Shown: positions 10,112 to 19,833 of the stretch, piece by piece | Layout of the letters: each line of letters opens with the position of its first letter | Position numbering within the stretch: the first letter of the stretch is position 1 | From: a bacterium | Lineage (GTDB): Bacteria > Patescibacteriota > Minisyncoccia > 1-14-0-10-42-19 | DNA: 55,030 nucleotides | Assembly: GCA_030690215.1 (NCBI GenBank) | Contig: JAUYHD010000011.1 | Location: 1 to 55,030, forward strand | Direction of reading: 5' to 3' | The notes under the pieces: model-generated | Told to the model about the DNA's origin: nothing | The model's input: only the letters and a program-made list of their open reading frames with translations | Database searches by the model: none | Made by a program: the position numbers and the translations under genes

Positions 10112-10265
10112 CGCCTATTCCTCGGCATATGTATACTTCGTGAACATGCGGGATCTTCGCCCATTCAACTACTCGCTCGCGCTCGCAGGAATGGGCGGGG
10201 GTTTTGCAATCGCTCGCGCCAAATGCGTTTTTACGCATCTCGCGCGAGCGAGCAAATTCACTTTA
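10112..10265. repeat. ~154-bp multi-hairpin repeat, copy 2 (between rplB and rpsS)
   Basis: Near-identical to 5875-6027. Confidence 0.92.
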
Positions 10266-11096
10266 ATGTTTCTTTTTCTTGCGTCCTTGCATAATTAACG
10301 CATTTGAATATTTTGTTTTCTTCCGGGTTTTCACGCCGCGCACCCCTTTGCCCCACCTGTTCTTTGGACGTTTAGTCCCACGAGGCGCTTTTCCTTCGCC
10401 TCCCCCATAGGGATGGTCAACCGGATTCATGGCAGATCCTCGGACAGTCGGTCGGACTCCCATCCAGCGAGTTCGGCCCGCTTTGCCGTACACAACAAGG
10501 TTATGTTCGCTATTTGAGGCTTGCCCTACGCTTGCCCAGCAGGAACTAGGAATTTTGCGCACCGTTCCTGACGGAAGTTTGACCAATGTATACCCAGAGT
10601 CATGCGCCATGACCTCCGCACTATTTCCCGCAGAACGCACAAGCCGCGCACCGCTCTTAGGGTAAGTTTCAATATTATATACCGAAGTACCTACCGGCAT
10701 CAAGTCCAGGGTGAGACGCGCACCGGGCAGTGGTTCTTGGGTTTTGCTTGTACGCATCACGTCTCCTGTTTTCAACCCTTCGGGCACTATATGGTAGCGA
10801 TGCTCACCGTCAGCATATAAAACATGCGCGATAAAAGCTGTGCGGTTCGGGTCATATTCAATGCTTATCACACGGGCAGGAATGTCAATTTTGTTGTAGT
10901 GAAAATCAATTTCGCGCCACAAGCGCTTTGAACCGCCTCCTTTGTGACGGGTTGTGATTTTGCCTGACGCACGCCCTTTCGCGCGCTTCCGTCCTGAAAC
11001 AAGCGCCTTGTAGGGTTCTGACTCGGTTAACACCCCGCGGTATGTCACCGTAGTCATTTGTCTTCGTGATGGGGTTGTTGGTCTATATGATTTCAT
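10263..11096 (-). CDS. rplB: 50S ribosomal protein L2
   Basis: IEYDPNRTA, RSAG, RPTVRGSAMNPVDHP.GGGEG. Confidence 0.98.
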   Translation of the reverse strand: MKSYRPTTPSRRQMTTVTYRGVLTESEPYKALVSGRKRAKGRASGKITTRHKGGGSKRLWREIDFHYNKIDIPARVISIEYDPNRTAFIAHVLYADGEHRYHIVPEGLKTGDVMRTSKTQEPLPGARLTLDLMPVGTSVYNIETYPKSGARLVRSAGNSAEVMAHDSGYTLVKLPSGTVRKIPSSCWASVGQASNSEHNLVVYGKAGRTRWMGVRPTVRGSAMNPVDHPYGGGEGKAPRGTKRPKNRWGKGVRGVKTRKKTKYSNALIMQGRKKKKH

Positions 11097-11211
11097 ATAT
11101 ACGTGATGCTCATCTACGAATCTTATGCTAATCTGCAAATTGCTAATACTATGTTTACGCAATATTCGCAATTCGCATTATTGGCATGACATTCGCTGAT
11201 TGGCATAACAA

Positions 11212-11655
11212 CTATACAAATTCTATTTTTTCACCTTTCTTTAATGTAATCATTGCTTTTCGGTAGCCTGGCTTTGTCCCTACAACACCGCGAAGCACGC
11301 GGCGTTTAGACTGGACATGCGACACATTCACGGAACTCACGCGCACCCGATATAATTCTTCAACCGCTTTGCGAATTTCGTTTTTCGTCGCCTCCCCCGA
11401 CACCCGAAATGTATAGGTGCCATGTTCTGCAAGACGCGCGGACTTCTCGGTTACGGACGGCTGGATCAACACGCGCGCGGCCTGATTGGACGCATACGTC
11501 GTGCTTCCTTTCTTTTCTTTTTTATCTGTTGTTTGTGTGTCAGGTTTTTCTGCGACTTCTTTTTGCGTTTTCTCTTTTGTCCGTTCACGGTATCGCGCGT
11601 CTCGTCCCTCTTCTTTCCTTCCTTTTTTTGTTTTAAAAATATCAAATAGCGCCAT
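11212..11655 (-). CDS. rplW: 50S ribosomal protein L23 with ~55-aa charged N-terminal extension
   Basis: P.VTEKS, YTFRV, ATKNEI, KAMITL. Confidence 0.95.
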   Translation of the reverse strand: MALFDIFKTKKGRKEEGRDARYRERTKEKTQKEVAEKPDTQTTDKKEKKGSTTYASNQAARVLIQPSVTEKSARLAEHGTYTFRVSGEATKNEIRKAVEELYRVRVSSVNVSHVQSKRRVLRGVVGTKPGYRKAMITLKKGEKIEFV

Positions 11656-11660
11656 ATGTG

Positions 11661-12308
11661 TTATGAAATTTTCTTTTCTAATACGGAAATGCTTTCTTTC
11701 GGCAACATGACGTACTGGGAACCCAACAAATCAAGCACATTAAGATTCCGCGCCTCTGTTACCGTAACGCCATTCATGTTGCGGAGCGCGCGGATAGTTG
11801 CCGCATCGTTTGACGGAATAAGCACAAGAACTTTTCCTTTGCCGAGACGCTCAAATCCATTAATTCCCGCGAGTATTTTTATTACCGACGCTGCCGCTTT
11901 TGTCTTTGCCTGCGTACATGAAAATTCATCAAGCACCAAAACAGTATGTTCACGAAACTTTTGAGAAAGTACTGAAAACACTGCTTTTCGCTTCATTTTT
12001 TTATTTATCTTTTTTGTATAATTGCTCTCGGAGCGCGGACCATGCGTTACCCCTCCCCCGATCCAAATGGGCGAACGAATTGAGCCGTGTCGCGCGCGCC
12101 CCGTGCCTTTCTGGCGCCATGGCTTTTTTCCTCCTCCGCGCACTTCACTCCGATCTTTTGTATGGGCGGTTCCTCTGCGCTTATTTGAACGTTCGGATTC
12201 GGCTACCTGCCACACAAGAGCGGGACTCCACGCTACATCAAAAAGCGCGCTCGGCATTTCAAGCGTTCCTGCTTTTTCTCCTTTTTGATTGTAGATAGTC
12301 GTTTTCAT
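11661..12308 (-). CDS. rplD: 50S ribosomal protein L4
   Basis: GGGKKPWRQKGTGRARHGSIRSP. Confidence 0.98.
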   Translation of the reverse strand: MKTTIYNQKGEKAGTLEMPSALFDVAWSPALVWQVAESERSNKRRGTAHTKDRSEVRGGGKKPWRQKGTGRARHGSIRSPIWIGGGVTHGPRSESNYTKKINKKMKRKAVFSVLSQKFREHTVLVLDEFSCTQAKTKAAASVIKILAGINGFERLGKGKVLVLIPSNDAATIRALRNMNGVTVTEARNLNVLDLLGSQYVMLPKESISVLEKKIS

Positions 12309-12315
12309 AGATCGC

Positions 12316-12978
12316 TTATTTTTTCTTTTGCTCCTTTCCTTTAATTTCCACGAGGGACCCGAACGCGCCCGGCAACGCGCCTTTCAACGCGAGTATGTTC
12401 TGTTTTATATCAATTTTCACCACCCGGACATTTTTTAGGGTTACTCGATCACTCCCCATACGACCGCCCATGCGCATACCTTTCGCCACCTTTCCTCCGG
12501 CGCGTCCCGAACTCCCCCCGATAGAGCCGGGCTCGCGTTCGGAATGCTTCTGTCCATGGGTTCGCGGGCCCCCGTGGAACCCATGACGCTTTACAACGCC
12601 CTGAAACCCCTTTCCCTTAGAAACGCCGCTCACTTCTACCTTTTCTCCTTCCTGAAACACGGACACGGTAACATCATCTCCTTCTTTCATAGCGGTGTCG
12701 CTATCCATTTTCATTTCTCTCATCCATCGTATGCCCGAGTTTTGAGTTTTGAGTTTTGAGTTTTGAGTTTTCCCAAGGTGCCCTTGTTGGGGCTTCTTCA
12801 TCTTGCTTTTGCTCTTTTTGCCGAACCCAATCTGCAAAGCATCGTATCCGTCTTTTTCCTTCGTTTTTATCTGGGTCACTACAACCGGACCCGCCTGCAC
12901 TAAAGTCACGGGGGTTACATTTCCCTCGTCATCAAACACCTGCGACATTTCTAGTTTTTTCCCTAAAATAAACTTCAT
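12316..12978 (-). CDS. rplC: 50S ribosomal protein L3
   Basis: PVTLV, DGYDALQIG, SKGKGFQGVVKRH, REPGSIG; contains (GAGTTTT)5 at 12737-12771. Confidence 0.98.
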   Translation of the reverse strand: MKFILGKKLEMSQVFDDEGNVTPVTLVQAGPVVVTQIKTKEKDGYDALQIGFGKKSKSKMKKPQQGHLGKTQNSKLKTQNSGIRWMREMKMDSDTAMKEGDDVTVSVFQEGEKVEVSGVSKGKGFQGVVKRHGFHGGPRTHGQKHSEREPGSIGGSSGRAGGKVAKGMRMGGRMGSDRVTLKNVRVVKIDIKQNILALKGALPGAFGSLVEIKGKEQKKK

Positions 12979-13114
12979 ATGCCAATTATAAAATTAAGGT
13001 TTGATAGTGCTTTTTGCCTCCGGCAAAATCGCACATCAATTTTCTTCATTGAAAAAATCCCGGCATAACGGGATTTTCAAAGCATCGTAACCCGAATAAT
13101 GCACTTTCGCTATG

Positions 13115-13522
13115 TTACATCATTTTTACCTCAATATCAACGCCTGCTGGCAGGTTAAGATTAGTCAGCGCATCAATGATGCGGGGCGTTGGGTTAAGGA
13201 TATCTATCAGCCGTTTATGGACTCTCATTTCAAACTGCTCTCGCGCATTTTTATGCACGAATGTTGAACGATTTACGGTATATTTGCGTATCTCAACCGG
13301 AAGCGGCACGGGACCGGTAAGTTCCGCGCCGTATCGACGTGCAGTCTCAACAATCTGCTTTACCGATGAATCAAGGATCTTGTGGTCGTAGGCACGAACA
13401 CGAATGCGAAGCTTCTGCGGCAATGCTTCCTCAGAAGGCGCTTTTTTCCTGATTACCGTCTTTGCTGGTGCGCTTTTTTTGGGAGCGCTTTTCTTTTTTG
13501 CTTTTGATTGAGTCGCTGTCAT
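13115..13522 (-). CDS. rpsJ: 30S ribosomal protein S10 with Lys-rich N-terminal extension
   Basis: [29 protein letters not shown]. Confidence 0.98.
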   Translation of the reverse strand: MTATQSKAKKKSAPKKSAPAKTVIRKKAPSEEALPQKLRIRVRAYDHKILDSSVKQIVETARRYGAELTGPVPLPVEIRKYTVNRSTFVHKNAREQFEMRVHKRLIDILNPTPRIIDALTNLNLPAGVDIEVKMM

Positions 13523-13630
13523 GTGCCAAAAATTAAGGAACGTAGTTGATTATAATATTTGTATACCCCCTCCGATTTCACAATTGAAAACAGGCGCTAA
13601 TAGGTCGCAGGGGTTGCTGTTATCGCAATC

Positions 13631-14824
13631 CTACTTGGTAATCTTGGTGACAACACCCGCGCCCACGGTCTTTCCACCTTCACGAATAGCGAATCGTTGC
13701 TTCTCCTCCAACGCAACAGGCGCTATCAATTTCCCGGTGAATGTAATGGTGTCGCCCGGCATAACCATTTCGGTTCCTGTGGGCAATGTCACCTCTCCGG
13801 TAACGTCAGTGGTGCGAATGTAAAATTGGGGTTTGTATCCGGTAAAGAACGGGGTGTGCCGTCCTCCCTCTTCCTTGCTTAATACATATACTTCCGCTTC
13901 AAATTCTGTGTGAGGAGTAACCGATCCCGGCTTTGCCAAAACCTGCCCTCGCTCAATATCTTCTTTCTTAAGACCGCGGAGCAAAATACCTGCATTGTCC
14001 CCCGCCATACCTTCGTCCAATGATTTATTGAACATTTCGATTCCGGTGACAGTCGTCTTTGCGGTGTCTTTAATACCGATAAGCTCAATATCGTCTCCTA
14101 CTTTTACCTTTCCTCGCTCAATACGGCCGGTAACAACAGTCCCCCGTCCTTCAATTGAGAAGATGTCTTCGATAGGCATCAAAAATGGTTTTTCTATTTC
14201 CCGCACCGGTTCAGGGATAAATTCATCAAGCTGACGCGCAAGTTCCAAAATCGGCTTTGCCCATTCGCTATCAGCAGAGGTTGCTTCAAGCGCTTTAAGG
14301 CCCGACCCCCGAATAATAGGGGTTGTGTCTCCCGGATATTGGTATTTTGTAAGAAGCTCGCGGATTTCTGCTTCAACAAGGTCAATAAGCTCTTTGTCAT
14401 CAACCGTATCAACTTTGTTCAAGAAAACAATGATTGCAGGCACTCCAACTTGGCGCGCAAGAAGAATGTGCTCGCGCGTCTGAGGCATTGGTCCGTCTGC
14501 CGCAGACACTACAAGAATTGCGCCGTCCATCTGTGCCGCTCCTGTAATCATGTTTTTGATGTAATCAGCGTGACCCGGCGCGTCAATGTGCGCGTAATGA
14601 CGCTTTTCTGTTTCATATTCTGAATGGTGAAGCGCAATGGTAATACCGCGCTGCCGTTCTTCGGGCGCCTTATCAATGTCTGTAACCTTTTCCATCTTTA
14701 CCTTGTTCCCCGCAAGATTCAAGACATTTAAAATCGCTGCGGTCAACGTTGTTTTTCCATGGTCAACGTGACCAATGGTACCGACATTTACGTGCGGTTT
14801 TGTTCGTTCAAATTTTTCTGCCAT
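13631..14824 (-). CDS. tuf: Elongation factor Tu
   Basis: [33 protein letters not shown]. Confidence 0.99.
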   Translation of the reverse strand: MAEKFERTKPHVNVGTIGHVDHGKTTLTAAILNVLNLAGNKVKMEKVTDIDKAPEERQRGITIALHHSEYETEKRHYAHIDAPGHADYIKNMITGAAQMDGAILVVSAADGPMPQTREHILLARQVGVPAIIVFLNKVDTVDDKELIDLVEAEIRELLTKYQYPGDTTPIIRGSGLKALEATSADSEWAKPILELARQLDEFIPEPVREIEKPFLMPIEDIFSIEGRGTVVTGRIERGKVKVGDDIELIGIKDTAKTTVTGIEMFNKSLDEGMAGDNAGILLRGLKKEDIERGQVLAKPGSVTPHTEFEAEVYVLSKEEGGRHTPFFTGYKPQFYIRTTDVTGEVTLPTGTEMVMPGDTITFTGKLIAPVALEEKQRFAIREGGKTVGAGVVTKITK

Positions 14825-14886
14825 AGTGTCTTATATAGAATAGACTAATAAAAATAAAAAAACCTTTTTATAAGGATATAGAGACA

Positions 14887-14915
14887 ATAATAACGGAGGG
14901 GTCAAAAGAAGTCAA
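14887..14915 (-). promoter_or_regulatory. sigma70 promoter of tuf
   Basis: Minus strand TTGACT-17 bp-TATTAT. Confidence 0.7.
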
Positions 14916-15382
14916 CCCCGTAAGACAATATCATATAATAAGTCATGCGTTCGCCGCCAAAAGCACAAAAACCATTGTATTTTGTTGTTTTTCCGGGAAT
15001 ATTGTTTCGCATAATGACTTATAAGAATGCATCATATGATATTGCTCTACGGGGTCAACCCCGTTAGAGCGTTGCAAGGCCCGCTCATCTAACGGGGTCA
15101 ACCCCGTTTGGCTAAATCGAAAGCTGTATCTACGTCTGACGGATACTGTATGTGGTTAAAGAAACAACGGTCCGTTGAGCATATTGTCGAAATTTGCTGG
15201 TAGATACAGCAAGCCCCGTTTGACACTATCACATGGTAAGTCATGCGTTCGCCGCTTTTATTATGTGTATAGTAGATTTCTTTTTCATTGTACATATATT
15301 GTCCACACAAGGACTTACAAGAATGCATTATGTGATAGTGTCTTACGGGGCAAGGAAGACGATTCGATTTTGCCTAACGGGG
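14916..15382. repeat. Tandem/nested array of CCCCG...CGGGG elements: A2 14916-15054, D2 15059-15097, B2 15102-15382 containing nested A3 15214-15350
   Basis: Units separated and flanked by TCAA; nested unit flanked by CAAG on both sides. Confidence 0.92.
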
Positions 15383-15481
15383 TCAAGCATCCAGTAAAAC
15401 TTGCTGAAGGCAAGCAAAATAGGCAAAAATAGCCATTCGGGGCGAAAAAAAGCCGCACAAACAATATGCGCGGCCCGGGTA

Positions 15482-15769
15482 TTACTTTTCTATTTTTTCT
15501 ATACAAATGCCCTTTCCGGCAAAGCGTTCATTAAACCTCTCTACCGAAAAACAAGGCATTTCTAGGATATCTATCATAAGGATCTCGCCCCCTGGATATG
15601 AGATGCCGAAAATTTCATCCGGCCCATTACCAGTAATGGTAATGGTATATTCCGTTAGTCCCCTGTACCGCCCCGCTTCTTCTTCCAAGAACAATCGTAT
15701 TGAATGGATGTAGATATTATCCCGTCTCTTCGAATCTAATTTATTTATTCTTTCGCTAAGCACTGACAT
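15482..15769 (-). CDS. Hypothetical protein
   Basis: AAGGAG SD, own TTGACA-17-TATTCT promoter (15802-15830). Confidence 0.7.
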   Translation of the reverse strand: MSVLSERINKLDSKRRDNIYIHSIRLFLEEEAGRYRGLTEYTITITGNGPDEIFGISYPGGEILMIDILEMPCFSVERFNERFAGKGICIEKIEK

Positions 15770-15956
15770 TACACTTCTCCTTTTTTAATTTGCTTTCTGT
15801 CAGAATAGCATTCTTTATGGTTTTTGTCAAGCGCGTTCGTAACCCCAGAGCCAAGCTCTGGGGCTTGGCGCGGGGTTGTCAAGAATTACGAATGGGCATA
15901 AAAAAACGGACCAAGGTTTTGGTCCGTCTAATTCTTATATTTGCTATCCTACCCTT

Positions 15957-16259
15957 CTAACGAAAAATTGAATGTGTTAATAAATGAAACACCGAAATGC
16001 CCATAAACAATTCAACGTATATAGCAATCGAGATTACCCATGATGCAAAAAGAAATGGCAGCAAGATATAAAAAATCACATAATACAATGCTACCGCCCT
16101 GCTTGATGCGAAAAATCCCCCACTACTGTCTTTTGTGAAGCACGCTATTATTCCAGCCGCAGTAATCAGGATTGAAAAAATGGCGAGCGACCTCATCGTG
16201 AGCAAAAATCCAAGAATACCCCCCGCCACAAGCGCGAGCGCAATATACCATTTAGACAT
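15957..16259 (-). CDS. Hypothetical membrane protein
   Basis: Hydrophobic, GGAGG SD, overlaps upstream ORF stop; terminator at ~15903-15927. Confidence 0.65.
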   Translation of the reverse strand: MSKWYIALALVAGGILGFLLTMRSLAIFSILITAAGIIACFTKDSSGGFFASSRAVALYYVIFYILLPFLFASWVISIAIYVELFMGISVFHLLTHSIFR

Positions 16260-16623
16260 ACGCTCGACCTCCCATCGACCGAAATCCCATTTTACGAAGC
16301 TGGATAAGGGTCCTCATCGATGTTTCCTTCGGTCGCCCCACAAAGACCATTTCACCGGAATACAGAACAAAATATAGGTTATTGCCGTAAAGTCCTCGTA
16401 TCTTTATACTGCCATCCACATCAATTACCCGTTTTCTTTCCTTTTTTATACTGGGATCTTTTGCGTACATCTTATTCCATTTTTTTAAAAACGCCTGGAA
16501 AGAAAATCCTCCCATTTTTTCGGCATGATCCCTCATGAATTCTTTTTTTAACTCCTTGTCATCCCCGCATTCTACCTGCGCGAATTTTTCAAACGCATCT
16601 TTTTCATAAATGAATACCGGCAT
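16252..16623 (-). CDS. Hypothetical protein
   Basis: AGGAGG SD, coupled ORF. Confidence 0.65.
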   Translation of the reverse strand: MPVFIYEKDAFEKFAQVECGDDKELKKEFMRDHAEKMGGFSFQAFLKKWNKMYAKDPSIKKERKRVIDVDGSIKIRGLYGNNLYFVLYSGEMVFVGRPKETSMRTLIQLRKMGFRSMGGRAYV

Positions 16624-16837
16624 GCTTTTCCTCCTTTTGTGACTTTGTACTTTTAAATTCTTCGTAAATTGTTTTATAACACTCGCAAGTTTTGCTTAAA
16701 GATTCGGGGCTCCCGCCTAATCGAAACGCGAAATAACATCCGCGCTCTTTATGCATTTTGCATTCATTCGCCTGTTGGGTTTCTGCAAATCTACGCCTTA
16801 TACCATCTTCATCTACAAGGGATTCCTTGCTCATCAC
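16604..16837 (-). CDS. Hypothetical protein (Cys-containing)
   Basis: GGGGGA SD, promoter-like upstream sequence. Confidence 0.55.
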   Translation of the reverse strand: MMSKESLVDEDGIRRRFAETQQANECKMHKERGCYFAFRLGGSPESLSKTCECYKTIYEEFKSTKSQKEEKHAGIHL

Positions 16838-17003
16838 TTCCCCCCTTTATTTTCAAAGAACAAAAATAAAATAGCACATTTTATATTATTTTTCAAACAT
16901 CCAGCAAAATGAAAAACAAACTATTCGCCTATTCGCGCGAATTAGAGATTGGGAAAACAATGCGAATAAATAAAAACCGCAGGGCAAACCGTGCGGTTAT
17001 TTT

Positions 17004-17291
17004 TTACATTAAATGCTGGTCAAAACTGTCCAACACGTCATCTTTCGAATATGCGCCTTCTTCTGCGGACCATAACTCAATAATATCGCCCCACAGTAAG
17101 ACCACATTCGTAGTAAAGACGTAGCCATCTACTCGTATGTTTATCCCCTCTGTCGTCACACCCCCCAAAATCGCTTCGTCCGAAGAAGATCCTCCAGCCA
17201 CAACTACATGCACCCTATCTCCATATTTGAGATTGCTTTGTAAAAAATCCTCTTTGCTCTGAATATTTACAGGTACTTTTGTGGTGCTCAT
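17004..17291 (-). CDS. Hypothetical protein
   Basis: AGGAGG SD, ATGA overlap, terminator at ~16972-17003. Confidence 0.65.
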   Translation of the reverse strand: MSTTKVPVNIQSKEDFLQSNLKYGDRVHVVVAGGSSSDEAILGGVTTEGINIRVDGYVFTTNVVLLWGDIIELWSAEEGAYSKDDVLDSFDQHLM

Positions 17292-17590
17292 TCGCTTGCC
17301 TCCTTTTTGGATGCTTCCTTTTCTTTTTCGCTAAGTTCGCGCAAACGTATGTGGGACGCCATGCCAAACGGCGTAATCCTGTCATAACTAGGCCACTCAA
17401 GCCCGCACATAGAAGCAAACATCTTTGCCTCCTCGCCCGTAACATTGAAATCTGCGGCATCTCGCCCTCTAAGTGTAATGGAAACATTATATTCCGTCCC
17501 CTCTTCAATCAATTCTTCTGCGCCGGCCTTAATTTCTTTTTGCCTTTCTTCCGGCAGTTCTTTTATTCTTTCATCAAGCGTTTTACCCAT
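17288..17590 (-). CDS. Hypothetical protein (start MGKTLD)
   Basis: AAGGAG SD; own promoter-like region. Confidence 0.6.
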   Translation of the reverse strand: MGKTLDERIKELPEERQKEIKAGAEELIEEGTEYNVSITLRGRDAADFNVTGEEAKMFASMCGLEWPSYDRITPFGMASHIRLRELSEKEKEASKKEASE

Positions 17591-17696
17591 TTCTATTCTC
17601 CTTGTTAATTTCCAATCCAAAAACAAAATAGCACGGAAATGTTTATTTTTCAATACCAAAAAATAAAGACCGCGGAATGCGCGATCTTTTTATTTT

Positions 17697-18881
17697 TTAA
17701 CTAAGGAGTCTTTGAAATAAAAATTTACTGATATCAATAGAACTTTTTTCATATAAAGCAAGCTCCGATACGACTTCGCCGATTGCAGCAGAATGCTTAA
17801 AGCCATGCCCGGAACAAGGAGAGGCAACAATAATATTTGGATGATCTGGAAGAAAATCAATTATAAAATTTCTATCGGGAGTGATTGTATACAAACAAGA
17901 TACTGCTTTCAGGCATTTGCTCCTCAAAGCCGGAATGCGATTATAAACGCGCTCGCTATACATAATTTGAATTTCCTCGTCTGATACTCTTTTGTCTACA
18001 CTGTCTGGGTCCACAAACTGCTCGTATTGTTCAGAACCAATCTTAAGCCCTCCGTGTATCCCATCTATCGCGGGAAATCCATACATAGACCCCCTACCGA
18101 ATTCCCAAATAAAAATTGGGAAATTTTTAGGAAGAAATGATTGTGCTGATTTTTTTGATTTTTGTATATCAAACCACAAAAGTATTTGGCGAGATATACG
18201 AAAATAACGAGTAAATTCTTCACCAAGTATTTTTGATACCCATGCTCCCGCAGAGACAACAACCTTTTTCGCAATATAATTTCCCCCCGTCGTCTGCACA
18301 GTTACCATGTCATTGTTTAATTCGGTTTTAATAGCGAGAACTTTTTCGTTAAGAAAAATTTCTGCCCCTATTTCTTTTGCTAATCGTAATTGGACCTCAA
18401 CGCACCGCTCTGGCCGCAAAAATCCCGCCCCATATTCATAATACCCCTCTTCGTCGCCGACAAGATTAAATTGAGGAAAATAATTTCGTATTTCGTCGGT
18501 ATCAAGAAGCATATGCGGGATATTATGTTCTTTTGCCGTAGTAATTGTGTTCTGAAAAAATGTACTAATACCTTTTATACGGCGCAGGGAAGACCGACTG
18601 GACATTATTAATCCTCCGATTCTTTCAAAAAGTTCTGTCCCTGTGGTCCGTTCTAATTCTCGCCAAATTTCATTTGATCGTAAGACCAAAGGAACATACT
18701 CTGCCCCCTCTCCAAGCGCCTGACGAGTTATCCGAGTGTCTCCGTGCGTAGAACCAAAATGATGAGGAGGAGAAAATTGATCTATCCCAAGCACATCACA
18801 GCGTCTCTTCGCAAGTTGATACAAGGCAGCACTTCCCATGGCACCCAGACCCACGACAATAACATCAAATATTTTTTTCAT
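17697..18881 (-). CDS. solA: N-methyl-L-tryptophan/sarcosine/pipecolate oxidase family flavoprotein
   Basis: VVGLGAMGS, GSTHGDTRITR, CLYT-TPD (covalent FAD Cys), CSGHGFK. Confidence 0.9.
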   Translation of the reverse strand: MKKIFDVIVVGLGAMGSAALYQLAKRRCDVLGIDQFSPPHHFGSTHGDTRITRQALGEGAEYVPLVLRSNEIWRELERTTGTELFERIGGLIMSSRSSLRRIKGISTFFQNTITTAKEHNIPHMLLDTDEIRNYFPQFNLVGDEEGYYEYGAGFLRPERCVEVQLRLAKEIGAEIFLNEKVLAIKTELNNDMVTVQTTGGNYIAKKVVVSAGAWVSKILGEEFTRYFRISRQILLWFDIQKSKKSAQSFLPKNFPIFIWEFGRGSMYGFPAIDGIHGGLKIGSEQYEQFVDPDSVDKRVSDEEIQIMYSERVYNRIPALRSKCLKAVSCLYTITPDRNFIIDFLPDHPNIIVASPCSGHGFKHSAAIGEVVSELALYEKSSIDISKFLFQRLLS

Positions 18882-18989
18882 TTTTTGCTCCTTTTCAATT
18901 TTCAATCCAAAAACAAAATAGCGCTTTTGGATGGTATTGTCAATACAGACGTCTTTCGATATAGTGAGGGGCAAGAGGAGAAAAAATAA

Positions 18990-19169
18990 ATGAATAAAAG
19001 CATCCAACGGGAATTGGAACGGCTAGAAGATATCGGCGCAATAATAAAAATTGATGGAAATACAATAACGATATATCGGGGAGTCGTCCCTCAAGACATA
19101 GTGGAAGCATTCAAAAATCGCATCAAATCACATGATACGAAAAACGACATAGAGGTCATAATAAAATAA
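18990..19169 (+). CDS. Small hypothetical protein (59 aa, below ORF-track cutoff)
   Basis: MNKSIQRELERLEDIG...IEVIIK*, GAGGAG SD, followed by hairpin AAACGGCATGCGTGCATGCCGTTTT. Confidence 0.6.
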   Translation: MNKSIQRELERLEDIGAIIKIDGNTITIYRGVVPQDIVEAFKNRIKSHDTKNDIEVIIK

Positions 19170-19191
19170 ACGGCATGCGTGCATGCCGTTT

Positions 19192-19398
19192 TTATATCGG
19201 GAGATTCTCCAAATCTTTTTCTACTTCAAAATCCTCCTCCAACAGCTCTTCGGAGTATAGCTTGTCTCGCCCCGCATCAGCAGGGACGGATTTTTCTTCC
19301 TCGCCCGCCATAGCCCATTGCCCTTCCGAAGCCTCTGGCGAAGGAGGGTTGGCGAAGGCCGGTTCTATTTTTTCATTTTTTTGGTCTCGGGATTGCAT
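19192..19398 (-). CDS. Small acidic protein carrying in-frame palindromic repeat insertions
   Basis: ORF follows 19408-19833; GC-rich hairpins at ~19267-19290 and ~19303-19362. Confidence 0.45.
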   Translation of the reverse strand: MQSRDQKNEKIEPAFANPPSPEASEGQWAMAGEEEKSVPADAGRDKLYSEELLEEDFEVEKDLENLPI

Positions 19399-19407
19399 AT
19401 TAAAAAA

Positions 19408-19833
19408 TTATTTATTTTTAAGAATTTCTTTAATCCTTTCGGATGTTATATCTACAGCCTCATCATACTTTTTCCAATTTTTTCCTAATTCTTTCGCAAG
19501 AAGCTTTTCAATCTTCAACGCAAAGAGATGTTCGCGGCGGTATGGGGACAATTTGAGAGAGGCGCCTCCTTTAAATCTTCTGAAGCGTCCTTTTGTCTTT
19601 TCGCGCTGGAACCATTCATCAAATTTTTTAATTTTTGGCTCCGGGATTCCTCTTCGTTGAGTAAGATACAATTCAATAAGTTCGTGCACCAAAATAAGAA
19701 AATTATAATCAGGATCTTTAAGGTCGGCACTAACAACATCCCAGCCGGTTTTTGTTTTATAGTAATCGCCAACGGTACAATATCTCATGTTACCCGGAGA
19801 TTGCACGATGAGTTTGTAGATTTTTTTTGACAT
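19408..19833 (-). CDS. Hypothetical protein with HExxE motif
   Basis: RY-TVGDY, LVHELIE, SPY-REH; directly downstream of fusA. Confidence 0.75.
   Translation of the reverse strand: MSKKIYKLIVQSPGNMRYCTVGDYYKTKTGWDVVSADLKDPDYNFLILVHELIELYLTQRRGIPEPKIKKFDEWFQREKTKGRFRRFKGGASLKLSPYRREHLFALKIEKLLAKELGKNWKKYDEAVDITSERIKEILKNK

Noticed and set aside
14916-15386. CRISPR array interpretation of the tandem units
   Set aside because: Units are long hairpins of different families that recur elsewhere in the window, the constant part is only ~16 bp, spacing is irregular and no cas genes are present
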